A stretch of DNA of 32,000 bases from a virus (taxonomy: Duplodnaviria > Heunggongvirae > Uroviricota > Caudoviricetes), in IMG/VR virus record IMGVR_UViG_3300046542_000616; one strand, written 5' to 3'. Position 1 is the first letter of the stretch, and every line of letters starts with the position of its first letter. Both the position numbers and the translations under genes were made by a program. The notes beneath the pieces were generated by a model that was not told the DNA's origin, ran no database searches, and saw nothing but the letters and a program-made list of their open reading frames with translations. Shown piece by piece: positions 1-10,375 of the stretch.

Positions 1-1
1 C

Positions 2-763
2 ATCACCCCAGTGGCGGTCGCGGAAGGGTGGGCACTTTTTTGTCATGACCTGGATGAAGACCTCCACCACATCGAGCGGGACGATGAAGCCGGGATGTTT
101 GACGATGATGAATCAGCCATCGTGTTCATCCAAAGGCGTGCCAGCGAAGGCAGTCAGATTCATGCACTCGCTTTGGCTGCCCACAACAGCTGTCCGGAGT
201 ACGCCATCAATCCATCGAACCCCGCATTGAGCCAAAACGATCTCGATGCCCAGCACGCAGAAGAATTCCAGCAGTGGGCTGAAGCTGACACCTTGGGCTT
301 CCTCGTCGATCCAGTGTCGGCTGCAACCACCCGTAAAGGGCGCTTGCCACTGACCGGCGAACAGATGCAGATCATCGACGAAATGGCTCAGCGTGAAGGC
401 TGGCTGCTCGCTGAGCATTCGGGCGGAAGATTCAATGCCAAGTTCATGATTGACAAGTTCGACGAAGACCCGCGCTTTGGCAGCGACGACGAAGCCTTGG
501 CCTTTGTTCGCAAACTGGCTGAAGCCGGCAGTGATTATCATCAACTGGCCTTGGCGGCTCATGACAAACTGGCGAGCGAGGTAATCGATAAAACCGTGGT
601 GAAGGTCACTGTGATACTGGAGATCGACTACCGCCTCAATGGCATTGGCCTGCCGGTGGTTCACAACCTGCTTCGCGAGAATCTGCAGGAACTGATTGGC
701 AATGAAGGCCTGGTTGAACACCTCGCGTGTGAGACCACAGGCTGGTCGATCAACTTTAAATAA
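2..763 (+). CDS. hypothetical acidic protein with an internal two-fold domain duplication; possibly 5'-truncated by the window edge
   Basis: The frame is open from nt 2 (the track ORF begins at GTG 11). Third codon positions are G/C-rich. Two ~55-aa segments share the pattern EGW.L...D(E/D)....F..D(D/E).A..F....A..GS..H.LALAAH. A hairpin follows at 775-799. Confidence 0.6.
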   Translation: MTPVAVAEGWALFCHDLDEDLHHIERDDEAGMFDDDESAIVFIQRRASEGSQIHALALAAHNSCPEYAINPSNPALSQNDLDAQHAEEFQQWAEADTLGFLVDPVSAATTRKGRLPLTGEQMQIIDEMAQREGWLLAEHSGGRFNAKFMIDKFDEDPRFGSDDEALAFVRKLAEAGSDYHQLALAAHDKLASEVIDKTVVKVTVILEIDYRLNGIGLPVVHNLLRENLQELIGNEGLVEHLACETTGWSINFK

Positions 764-774
764 GCATTAAAAAA

Positions 775-803
775 CCGCCAGGCCTAAGGGCTCTGGCGGT
801 TTC
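775..803. terminator. bidirectional rho-independent terminator-like hairpin
   Basis: CCGCCAG (775-781) pairs with CTGGCGG (793-799). An A-run lies upstream and TTT downstream. On the minus strand the hairpin is followed by TTTTTTAA, which fits termination of the 831-1043 minus-strand ORF. Confidence 0.6.
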
Positions 804-830
804 GATGTAAAGCTAGCCGGGGAAGGGCGA

Positions 831-1043
831 TCAGGCCGCTTGTTGCACCGCTGGAGCGAACACGCTCATTTCCTTCATGACCCAGGCTGGGCAGTTACGA
901 CTGTTTTTGAGGCCTGGCAAGGCGCTCCAGGCACGAATGTCACGCTCGGATATGATCTGGATAGATTTCGTGGAGAGAAAATCAGCTACTTTGGCTTGGG
1001 ACAGGCGGGACGCAACAACGAGTTCTTTGAATTCTGTGCACAT
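831..1043 (-). CDS. small putative DNA-binding (HTH-like) protein
   Basis: 70-aa ORF with an ATG start. The segment LSQAKVADFLSTKSIQIISERDIRAW resembles a helix-turn-helix. The minus-strand terminator at 775-803 lies just downstream. The ORF is divergent from a palindrome-containing intergenic region. No strong RBS. Confidence 0.4.
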   Translation of the reverse strand: MCTEFKELVVASRLSQAKVADFLSTKSIQIISERDIRAWSALPGLKNSRNCPAWVMKEMSVFAPAVQQAA

Positions 1044-1097
1044 GTGAAGATAAACCCTGATTTTTGTTCGGTAAGGCGGCGAATTCTACGGACGCGC

Positions 1098-1109
1098 TGA
1101 CAATTGTCA
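1098..1109. promoter_or_regulatory. perfect 12-bp palindrome TGACAATTGTCA (operator-like)
   Basis: Read directly. It lies in the divergent intergenic region between 831-1043 (-) and 1243-1821 (+). A related half-site GACAATT occurs at 1132-1138. Confidence 0.4.
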
Positions 1110-1242
1110 ACTAAATAAAGAAACCGTTCATCGACAATTAATCCTTTATTTTCAAGGCTTTCGAGCCTTGATGGTGGCACTATTGGTATCGTTTTGCTAT
1201 ACTGTTTAAATCAAGTCATGGCTAGACGCCAAGGAATGTACA

Positions 1243-1821
1243 ATGACCGACCAAGACCAATCCTGTATCGAATGTGGCACCGCACTGCTGGAGCTCGATA
1301 AAGACCCTGATCGTCGCCAGAATGCGACCTGTGCGCGCTGCCGGGCTGAGCAGGCGCACGACTTTGATGCCGAGCCCAATGCGGTGTTCAGCCGTGCCGG
1401 TGTGCGTACCGACGTGCAGCAAGACGCAAAACCGGAGGTTGCGGATCGCCGGATTGAGCGTCTTCGCTTGCCAAGCGAGCAAAAACGCTTTGTCATCAAA
1501 GATCGAGGCGAGGCAAGCTCGTCAATGTTGGTTATGCACTCAGGTTATCTGGCAGATCTGGTCGAAGAGCTTCAGGCTCAAGGCGAGAGCAAGGCCGCGC
1601 AGGTCGTCAGTGAAATATGGGCCAAAGGTCGTGCCTATATGGATGAGCCGGAGAGCTACATCGTTGACTATCAGTGCTTGCACTGCAAGAAGTACAAGGG
1701 TCGCCATCAGGACGGGTTTTGCCCGATTCCATCGACCAGCCGGACGTTCCTGCACTACTCGAAAACCGACAAGTACGAACCCAACCTGAAGAAGCCTCAC
1801 AAGGTGCCCTTCGTCATTTGA
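1243..1821 (+). CDS. hypothetical protein with two CxxC pairs (zinc-ribbon-like)
   Basis: AAGGA RBS upstream of the ATG. CIEC...CARC sits near the N-terminus and CLHC...C near the C-terminus. Codon bias matches the neighbouring genes. Confidence 0.65.
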   Translation: MTDQDQSCIECGTALLELDKDPDRRQNATCARCRAEQAHDFDAEPNAVFSRAGVRTDVQQDAKPEVADRRIERLRLPSEQKRFVIKDRGEASSSMLVMHSGYLADLVEELQAQGESKAAQVVSEIWAKGRAYMDEPESYIVDYQCLHCKKYKGRHQDGFCPIPSTSRTFLHYSKTDKYEPNLKKPHKVPFVI

Positions 1822-1916
1822 GTGATTGACCTGGAGCAGGCCCTCACGTGCTTGCCGCAGGGGTCGGTGCTTTGACCGAAGGTCAGGCTAGGCTGTCACC
1901 CGAAAAAGGAATCCCC

Positions 1917-2519
1917 ATGAACAAAGAACGCGCCATTCAACTGATGCACCTGCTCACCGCCAGTGTCGGTGGCACTGTTTCCGACATGAAGCTCATGACC
2001 CTGCTGTATTTCGTTGAGCGCAAGGTCTTTGAGAAATACGCAAGCTTCATCGTCCTTGATGAATTCGTCTCCGGTGCCAAGGGCCCCGTCCTGGAATGCT
2101 CCAGCACGATCATCGCCGGTTACGAGGACGTGCGCCTGACCAAGATCTTCAGGCAGCCGGCCAGTGCCGTAAGTCCACTGGGTGTGGCCCTGAAGGTGCT
2201 GAGCCTCAAAGAGCCGGTTCACGACCTGACGACTGAAAACCGCGCCTTCGATTGCTTGAGCGAAGCTGACCACGGGTGCATCAGCGAGGTCTTGGCGACC
2301 CTGGGTCGTTTGGGGGATGATGAGATCATGGCGTACGCCACCGATCCACAGCACTGCCCGGAATGGGTTAAGCCTGAGGTCGAGGGCGTCCTGGTGCCTA
2401 TTGCACCGGAAACATTGATGGGTCATCTGAACTTTAATGAGCAGGACATTGCGTTCTATGCCCAGGAAATCCAGTACTGGAAGTTCATCAATACGCACTC
2501 GCTGTTTGCCACTGATTAA
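1917..2519 (+). CDS. Panacea (DUF4065)/SocA-like antitoxin-domain protein (tentative)
   Basis: The start was moved to ATG 1917, which has an AAGGA RBS at 1906-1910. MKLMTLLYFVERKVFEKYASFIVLDEFVSGAKGPV resembles the Panacea signature (KLxKLLYxxx...F.A...GPV). The family call is from memory of that motif only. Confidence 0.5.
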   Translation: MNKERAIQLMHLLTASVGGTVSDMKLMTLLYFVERKVFEKYASFIVLDEFVSGAKGPVLECSSTIIAGYEDVRLTKIFRQPASAVSPLGVALKVLSLKEPVHDLTTENRAFDCLSEADHGCISEVLATLGRLGDDEIMAYATDPQHCPEWVKPEVEGVLVPIAPETLMGHLNFNEQDIAFYAQEIQYWKFINTHSLFATD

Positions 2520-2582
2520 GGCCTTCTGGCCTAGGTGATAAACCCCAAGGTCGACTTTAGGCGCTAATTAAGGAATACTCGC

Positions 2583-2852
2583 ATGCGTTCCAACTCAGTG
2601 GGCACGTCATTTTTCATGACGGTCACGGATATCAAAGAGAACACGCATGTCAAAACGGTGTTCTTCAGCAGCCTTCTCGAGCTTCAGCTGAACGAAGAAA
2701 GGGTGCGAACCGAATACAAAGACGATCAGTTCATCGTCATGACCCACCCGAGCAAAGACGCGGTGCGGGATAACGAACTGAAAGACGTTTTTCACCAGGC
2801 GCGGATGCAACAAATGATCCTGCATGGCCTGAAACATTCACGAGTAAGCTAG
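2583..2852 (+). CDS. hypothetical small protein
   Basis: 89-aa ORF with an AAGGA RBS 8 nt upstream of the ATG. It lies directly downstream of the Panacea-like gene. Confidence 0.45.
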   Translation: MRSNSVGTSFFMTVTDIKENTHVKTVFFSSLLELQLNEERVRTEYKDDQFIVMTHPSKDAVRDNELKDVFHQARMQQMILHGLKHSRVS

Positions 2853-2891
2853 GGTCTTCGGCAGGACTAGAAGGCTGCCGGAGAACTGAAG

Positions 2892-3263
2892 ATGTTCGTC
2901 ATCAATCGACGTCGGGAGCGAAAGCGCTCCGCGCAGCAAGCCTACAACAAGCGCCAGGGTGCGTTGAACACCACCTGGGCCGCGATTGTCGTGGGGATCC
3001 TGGCGATCATCAGTGAGTCGGCCTTGGGTCACTCAGGCTGGAACCTGGTCGTGCTGGTCGCGGCGCTGGTTACTGCCATTACCTCGCTGGTCGCGGCGCA
3101 CCTGCTCTGGCGTAAAGAAGTGGTGATCCTGGGTCACGCCCTACCAGCCGTCACCGTCCGGGTGAAGTCCGCGACACCCCATCACCGGGTGCAGGACACG
3201 CACCGGCACACTCCGAAAGGTACGGGCGGCAAATCCAGCGGGGCGACCCGGCTGGCGACATAG
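2892..3263 (+). CDS. small membrane protein (two predicted TM helices, basic N- and C-termini)
   Basis: GGAGA RBS. The hydrophobic stretches WAAIVVGILAIISESAL and LVVLVAALVTAITSLVAAHLLW look like TM helices. A terminator follows. Confidence 0.6.
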   Translation: MFVINRRRERKRSAQQAYNKRQGALNTTWAAIVVGILAIISESALGHSGWNLVVLVAALVTAITSLVAAHLLWRKEVVILGHALPAVTVRVKSATPHHRVQDTHRHTPKGTGGKSSGATRLAT

Positions 3264-3283
3264 GGTTAGCTGCACTTGAAAGA

Positions 3284-3316
3284 GGCCACCTCGGTTAATC
3301 CCTGGTGGCTTTTTTG
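3284..3316 (+). terminator. rho-independent terminator
   Basis: GCCACC (3285-3290) pairs with GGTGGC (3304-3309), followed by TTTTTT. Confidence 0.7.
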
Positions 3317-3326
3317 TGTGCGGCGA

Positions 3327-3722
3327 TCAATGACGCGGACGTTTGTACACGCGCTCGTCCAGTGCCGCGAGCGTCCATGCCATGCTCATCAGCAGGTCGG
3401 TTTGCGCCTGGATCAGGTTGTTCATGATATTTGAGCAGACCCGCTCACCATGGGCGCGGGCCGTCGCTTCCATTATCTCTTGAGATGGCTGCCCATCCGA
3501 AAAGTCGACACCGGCTTCCGGATGAATGAGGACTTGAGCGCCCAAAACCCGAATGCCGTTGACGTAGGTTTGCTTGAGCAGGGACATGACGCGGATGACT
3601 CCAGCATTGTCCAGGATGCAGTCGTTGCGCAGGTAGCTGATCAGCTTCTCGGCGATCTCGGTGTCGAATGCGGTGGCCGCAACCTGGGGCTCAAGCGGAG
3701 ATAGGCTGAGGTCGACTTGCAT
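3327..3722 (-). CDS. hypothetical protein
   Basis: The start was moved to ATG 3722 (MQVDLSLSP...), which has an AGGA RBS 8 nt upstream. The longer track ORF begins at a TTG with no RBS. Confidence 0.65.
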   Translation of the reverse strand: MQVDLSLSPLEPQVAATAFDTEIAEKLISYLRNDCILDNAGVIRVMSLLKQTYVNGIRVLGAQVLIHPEAGVDFSDGQPSQEIMEATARAHGERVCSNIMNNLIQAQTDLLMSMAWTLAALDERVYKRPRH

Positions 3723-3861
3723 CGGTTCTATCCTTTTGCACATTACTGTCAATTTATTAAAAATATCTCATCTAATAATTATCAGCAAGTGATGCGCTAT
3801 TTATTGACGGGAAGCCTTGAATTTGAAAGAATTCGGCCACGAACGACACGAGGTCATTCAC

Positions 3862-4287
3862 ATGCGTAAAGCACGAGCCACCCGAGAAGAATTGTTTGAG
3901 GCCGACGAGCACTCAATCTCCTGGGCCGATCATCAGCAGTGGCGCATCGAGCGTCTGATGAGTCTGGAGTCCGAGCGACTGGGCATCCCTTCCGCATCAT
4001 TGCGGCTAGTTTTTGAAGGCCGACAAGTGCTGGAATTGATCAGCCGGGAAGGGCACACCGTACGCTACCGTGCTGAAGGCCTCATCGAGCAGATCAATCT
4101 GCCGAGAACACCGGCACAAACCATGACCTTTGAAGTGAGCTGGATTGATCCGTGGGGTTTCTACCACAGCGATCAGAGCAATTTCTTCGAGTTGAGGCTC
4201 AAGGTTGTTGATGAGCTTTCCTTTCGGCGCTTGCAGCGGCTAGTTTTTAGAGCCCGTGACGCCATGAAAACACGTCTGAATCAATGA
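3862..4287 (+). CDS. hypothetical protein
   Basis: ATG 3862 has a GAGG RBS 8 nt upstream (the track start at 3817 is TTG). A terminator follows. Confidence 0.6.
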   Translation: MRKARATREELFEADEHSISWADHQQWRIERLMSLESERLGIPSASLRLVFEGRQVLELISREGHTVRYRAEGLIEQINLPRTPAQTMTFEVSWIDPWGFYHSDQSNFFELRLKVVDELSFRRLQRLVFRARDAMKTRLNQ

Positions 4288-4318
4288 AATCCGGCTTTTC
4301 CAATTCGGCACGAAGTGC

Positions 4319-4358
4319 GGCTAGCCTTACCATTCATAGGGCTAGCTTTGGTTTTTTT
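4319..4358 (+). terminator. rho-independent terminator
   Basis: GCTAGCC (4320-4326) pairs with GGCTAGC (4340-4346), followed by TTTGGTTTTTTT. Confidence 0.7.
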
Positions 4359-4499
4359 AGAAAAATCGCATAAAATACAAATTTGATCGAAATTTGTGAT
4401 GCACGGGCCTTTTCTCCATTGTTATGTTAATTGCATAGGGTTCTTATTAAAACAAAATAAGCCAACCGAGCTAATCAATTAACACAAGAGGTATGCTTA

Positions 4500-5750
4500 A
4501 TGAGTGGCACCAGTCTTAACTATGACATGCTGTCGAGGCAGCAAAATGGTCGTCTTACCCCCCTGATCCTGGGTGGCCCACCAGGCGCCGGTAAAACGCA
4601 TGCCGCCATGAGCCTGCGTAACAACCTCGGCGAGCCGTTTGCCCGTATCGCGGCAGCAGGCAAAACCAAGGAAGACTTCACGACCTATCCGATTCCGGAA
4701 CAGGACAAAGAGACCGGCATCTGGAAGATTGCTCAGCCAATCACCGAATCCAGCCTGCTGGCCCTGCTCGAAGTCAACATCAAAGATGGCTTCGGTGTTC
4801 TGCTGGTCGACGACGTAACCGCCGCTGACCCAAGCGTACAGAGCGCCCTGCTCGAGATCGCGCAGTTCGGTAAAATTGGTGAGCACCAACTGGGTAAAAA
4901 CGTCGCCATCGTCTTCACCGGTAACGGTGTTTCGGACGGTGCTTACGCTGCTCAGTGGAGTTCGGCACTGATCAACCGCTGCCACTACGTGGAATTCCGT
5001 GCCAGCCTGGACGTGTGGAAAGAACTCGACGAAAACGCCAACATCGACCCGGTCGTGTACGGTTTCCTCGAAGCCAACCCGCAGTTCTTTGCGCCGGAAG
5101 TCACCAACGCCGAAGACAAGAAAAAGTGCTTTGACGATAAAGGTCGCGGCCCATCTGCTCGTCAATGGACGACCCTGGCAAACTCCACTGTGGAGAAATG
5201 GGGCGGCATGGCCGGCTTCAAGCCAAGTGTTCTGTGGAAAAGCCTTCAGGAATACTGCGCATCGCTCGTTGGTAGTCAGACAGCAACCCCGCTGATGACG
5301 TACGCGACCATGATGTTGAAGTACCCAACCGCCAAGGCGCTGATGGACGATCCATCGGTATGGGATCGCGTGTCCGATGTTGACAAGAACCAGGCCGGTG
5401 CAATCTTCGCTGTGGCTCACTCACTGCGTCAGTACGTGACTCAGGTCAACGACCAGATCAATGAGAAGTACCAGCACAAGTACACCAGCAAAGCCGTCGA
5501 GCAGGAAAAAGACGCACTGCTCGACAAGTTCTGCCACGCCACGGCCAAGCTCATGCACAAGAACCGCGAAATGGGCGCTTTCATCGTCCGCTACGTGCTG
5601 CAAAAGTGCCCGGCTGACGACTGCATCAAAGGCCAGCTGGCTGACTACGTGTGGAACCTGGATGACAAGAAGCCAGCGCTGGTTGAAGCCAAGTTCGGCG
5701 ACATCCTCGACAACATCAAGGAAATGAACGAAGGTCTGGACAAGCGATAA
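4500..5750 (+). CDS. AAA+ ATPase (MoxR/AAA_5/CobS-like)
   Basis: - Walker A: GGPPGAGKT (nt 4572-4598).
- Walker B-like: VLLVDDV.
- Sensor-1-like: VFTGN.
- Arg-finger-like: LINR.
- AGAGG RBS upstream.
- About 200 aa of extra C-terminal sequence of unknown function. Confidence 0.9.
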   Translation: MSGTSLNYDMLSRQQNGRLTPLILGGPPGAGKTHAAMSLRNNLGEPFARIAAAGKTKEDFTTYPIPEQDKETGIWKIAQPITESSLLALLEVNIKDGFGVLLVDDVTAADPSVQSALLEIAQFGKIGEHQLGKNVAIVFTGNGVSDGAYAAQWSSALINRCHYVEFRASLDVWKELDENANIDPVVYGFLEANPQFFAPEVTNAEDKKKCFDDKGRGPSARQWTTLANSTVEKWGGMAGFKPSVLWKSLQEYCASLVGSQTATPLMTYATMMLKYPTAKALMDDPSVWDRVSDVDKNQAGAIFAVAHSLRQYVTQVNDQINEKYQHKYTSKAVEQEKDALLDKFCHATAKLMHKNREMGAFIVRYVLQKCPADDCIKGQLADYVWNLDDKKPALVEAKFGDILDNIKEMNEGLDKR

Positions 5751-5773
5751 TCCAGGTCGATCATTCAAGCAAG

Positions 5774-5798
5774 GCCCCTCATTGAGGGGCTTTTCTTT
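5774..5798 (+). terminator. rho-independent terminator
   Basis: GCCCCTC pairs with GAGGGGC (3-nt loop), followed by TTTTCTTT, 24 nt after the ATPase stop codon. Confidence 0.75.
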
Positions 5799-5878
5799 GG
5801 GCCGTAAAAAAGGACGGCTTTGGCTTTTTAGAAAAAAGGGTTTGGCTTTTGCTTTGAGAAGAAGCTTTTGGCTTCAGG

Positions 5879-5906
5879 GCTTTGGAGCTTTGGAGCTTTG
5901 GAGCTT
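5879..5906. repeat. 3.5 tandem copies of the 8-bp unit GCTTTGGA within a CTTTGG-rich tract (about 5812-5960)
   Basis: Read directly: GCTTTGGA GCTTTGGA GCTTTGGA GCTT. The flanks contain GGCTTTGGCTTTTT, GGTTTGGCTTTTGCTTTG and GCTTTTGGCTT. Confidence 0.85.
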
Positions 5907-6134
5907 GGGGCTGTGACGCCACGGAGCATTGTGCTGCTTGCTGTAGCCTAAAAAGCCTTGGCTGGTGGCTAGTGAGGGATTATTTTGCAGGCAAAATCGA
6001 AAAGCTTTTATATCAAGGGTTTTATGATTAGTACCTTAAATGATTGTTATTTATATGAGTCCTATTAAGTGCTGGTCAATGGTCAAGAGCGAAAAGCTGA
6101 TTGGTGGGGTGTGGGGGTTTCGCGACAAAAACGG

Positions 6135-6180
6135 TTGATAGGCGGTTGAGAGGCGGAAGTTTGATGAGGTGGATAGAGGC
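6135..6180. repeat. tandem ~11-bp purine-rich direct repeats TTGA(T/G)AGGCGG
   Basis: TTGATAGGCGG (6135-6145), TTGAGAGGCGG (6146-6156), TTTGATGAGGTGG (6160-6172) and ATAGAGGC (6173-6180). Spacing is about one helical turn. Confidence 0.75.
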
Positions 6181-6421
6181 AAGGTACATAAGCTATCAAC
6201 AACTAGATCAATCCGGTAAAGCCAGATCAGCCAATCGATTAAAACACGAATGAATGTCGAACAACATGGTGTGAAACGAACCAATCGCATGATCAATACA
6301 TGAATGAATGCCGAACAACCGACTGCATTTATAATGAAGAAAAAATCAGTGGTTTTTGTGGTGCGGGCTCAGTCTCCCGTGCCAAAATCAGTTATATGTA
6401 GTTTTTTGCAGAGGGCTCGTA

Positions 6422-8947
<2,526 letters not shown>

Positions 8948-8966
8948 TAGGTTGCTGAACACAAAA

Positions 8967-8989
8967 CCCCCGCACTGCGGGGGTTTTTA
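8967..8989. terminator. bidirectional rho-independent terminator
   Basis: CCCCCGC ACT GCGGGGG, with AAAA upstream and TTTTT downstream. It lies between convergent genes. Confidence 0.8.
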
Positions 8990-9011
8990 TTGCCGGTGAT
9001 CTGGACGAAGT

Positions 9012-9290
9012 CTAGTATTGAGGGTGGCTTTTCAGCAGGTCAAACGCACCTTTGAGGAAGCTTTCGCACTCCGACACGAAGACCTCAATGTCGGCGGCCA
9101 GATTTCCAGTCTCATGAGCGAGCAAAATGTTGAGTGATGCAGAGGATGCCGAAAGAAGATTGTTCAAGGTTGCCTTGTCTTCCTCGGGGATATCTTTTGC
9201 CAACAAAGATTTGATACCAACCGAAAGAATTTCAAAATCACCGGATACAGTTGCGATTTTATTACTGAGCGAAGTATTCATAATGACCAA
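9012..9290 (-). CDS. hypothetical small helical protein
   Basis: 92-aa ORF in a visibly AT-richer segment. It is divergent from 9358-10035. Confidence 0.55.
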   Translation of the reverse strand: MVIMNTSLSNKIATVSGDFEILSVGIKSLLAKDIPEEDKATLNNLLSASSASLNILLAHETGNLAADIEVFVSECESFLKGAFDLLKSHPQY

Positions 9291-9357
9291 TTTATTGTTG
9301 TAATTTTAATTAATGCTAGTGCAATAATGAACAACATACAACTCATTGGTAATTATC

Positions 9358-10035
9358 ATGAAGAAAGATTTTAAAAGTTTCAGTAAGGCCGGGGACAAAC
9401 TGGTTGGCGGATTGATTACTGCGACCTTGGTGGTATTGCTGGCTGACAGGGCCCTGGAAAAAACGGGCTATAAGTCTATCTTCGCAGCAGACCATGAGTA
9501 TTTCAATGGAGCGCTGGACTTCGCTGTTGATGTGCTTAAAAGCCCTACCACTTCGGCTATTATGTGGCCGGTGGTCGTTGGCTTGATCGGCGCAACCATA
9601 GGCAAGCATGTCTACAGTGCTGTTCGACTTTCTCAAGATAAGCATCGTTCTGATACAGACTTCAAAATCATGAGAGCTATATCCACGATCTCTCCGATGC
9701 TCGATGAGAGTGGTATCGATATCTCGGTCAATATTGGAAAAGCGAGCTACAAAGAATTCAAGGCCCTTAATATCGAGATTAAAGAGGTTGAAGCGCAATT
9801 GATCGCCAAGGGCATTGACCAGCCAGAGCGATTCGGCTTGATCCTGGGTAACCTGAAAAACCGCAATCAAGGCCCAATCAGCATCCTTGATGCGGCCAGG
9901 GGCATGCTGGAAGGCATGAAAGACATCGCACTCAACGGTGCGCCGGAAGGCACCATCAATGAGACTTTCCGCAAGATCAAGGAAGACGCCCCGCTGACCA
10001 GAAAGCCGGTCGACAACGGGCCATCGCTAGGCTGA
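9358..10035 (+). CDS. hypothetical membrane protein (two TM segments at the N-terminus)
   Basis: ATG 9358 (MKKDFKSF...). Hydrophobic segments LVGGLITATLVVLLA and IMWPVVVGLIGATIG. A terminator follows. Confidence 0.6.
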   Translation: MKKDFKSFSKAGDKLVGGLITATLVVLLADRALEKTGYKSIFAADHEYFNGALDFAVDVLKSPTTSAIMWPVVVGLIGATIGKHVYSAVRLSQDKHRSDTDFKIMRAISTISPMLDESGIDISVNIGKASYKEFKALNIEIKEVEAQLIAKGIDQPERFGLILGNLKNRNQGPISILDAARGMLEGMKDIALNGAPEGTINETFRKIKEDAPLTRKPVDNGPSLG

Positions 10036-10052
10036 TCTGGACGCATTAAAAA

Positions 10053-10077
10053 CCCCGCCATGGCGGGGTTTTGTTTT
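10053..10077. terminator. bidirectional rho-independent terminator
   Basis: CCCCGCCA pairs with TGGCGGGG, with AAAAA upstream and TTTTGTTTT downstream. Confidence 0.8.
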
Positions 10078-10090
10078 AGTGCTGCCGGTG

Positions 10091-10375
10091 TTACTGGGGA
10101 AGCAAGTCAATCCAGATTGCCATGTAGACCATGAGGATCGAGAACATCACTGCAGCCACCAAGCCTAGCCAGCCACTCTCCTTAAGCGAGACGCCGAAGG
10201 TGGATGCAATGGCTGAGCCCACTGCCGCCGTGAACAGGATGTAGGCTGCACGAGGCGCCATATGCGCGTACTCAACCATCAGGTAGCTGGCCATCGCGCC
10301 CAGTGCAAGCGTCAGGATCACAACGATAAGGTCGCTCAATGTCGGTGTGCGAAGTGCAAGTCTGATGACTCTCAT
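10091..10375 (-). CDS. small integral membrane protein
   Basis: 94 aa and almost entirely hydrophobic (about 3 TM segments). Its start overlaps the stop of the upstream GNAT-like gene by 4 nt. Confidence 0.65.
   Translation of the reverse strand: MRVIRLALRTPTLSDLIVVILTLALGAMASYLMVEYAHMAPRAAYILFTAAVGSAIASTFGVSLKESGWLGLVAAVMFSILMVYMAIWIDLLPQ

Noticed and set aside
840-1100. 86-aa plus-strand ORF overlapping the HTH-like minus-strand ORF
   Set aside because: It has no RBS and an odd composition. It also runs through the palindromic control region. The minus-strand alternative has a matching terminator, although that ORF itself is only moderately supported.
1175-1203. Possible sigma54 promoter (TGGCAC ... 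TTGC) upstream of 1243
   Set aside because: The spacing between the GG and GC elements is about 18 nt instead of the required 10.
4497-5420. 307-aa minus-strand ORF antisense to the AAA+ ATPase, with other nested ORFs (4733-4918, 4999-5295, 5218-5424, 5421-5768, 5461-5727)
   Set aside because: The plus-strand frame has unmistakable Walker A and B motifs and proper codon bias. Long antisense ORFs are expected in GC-rich DNA.
6051-6296. 81-aa minus-strand ORF in the ATPase-VWA spacer
   Set aside because: It lies in an AT-rich, repeat-laden region, has no RBS, and its composition is unlike any neighbouring gene.
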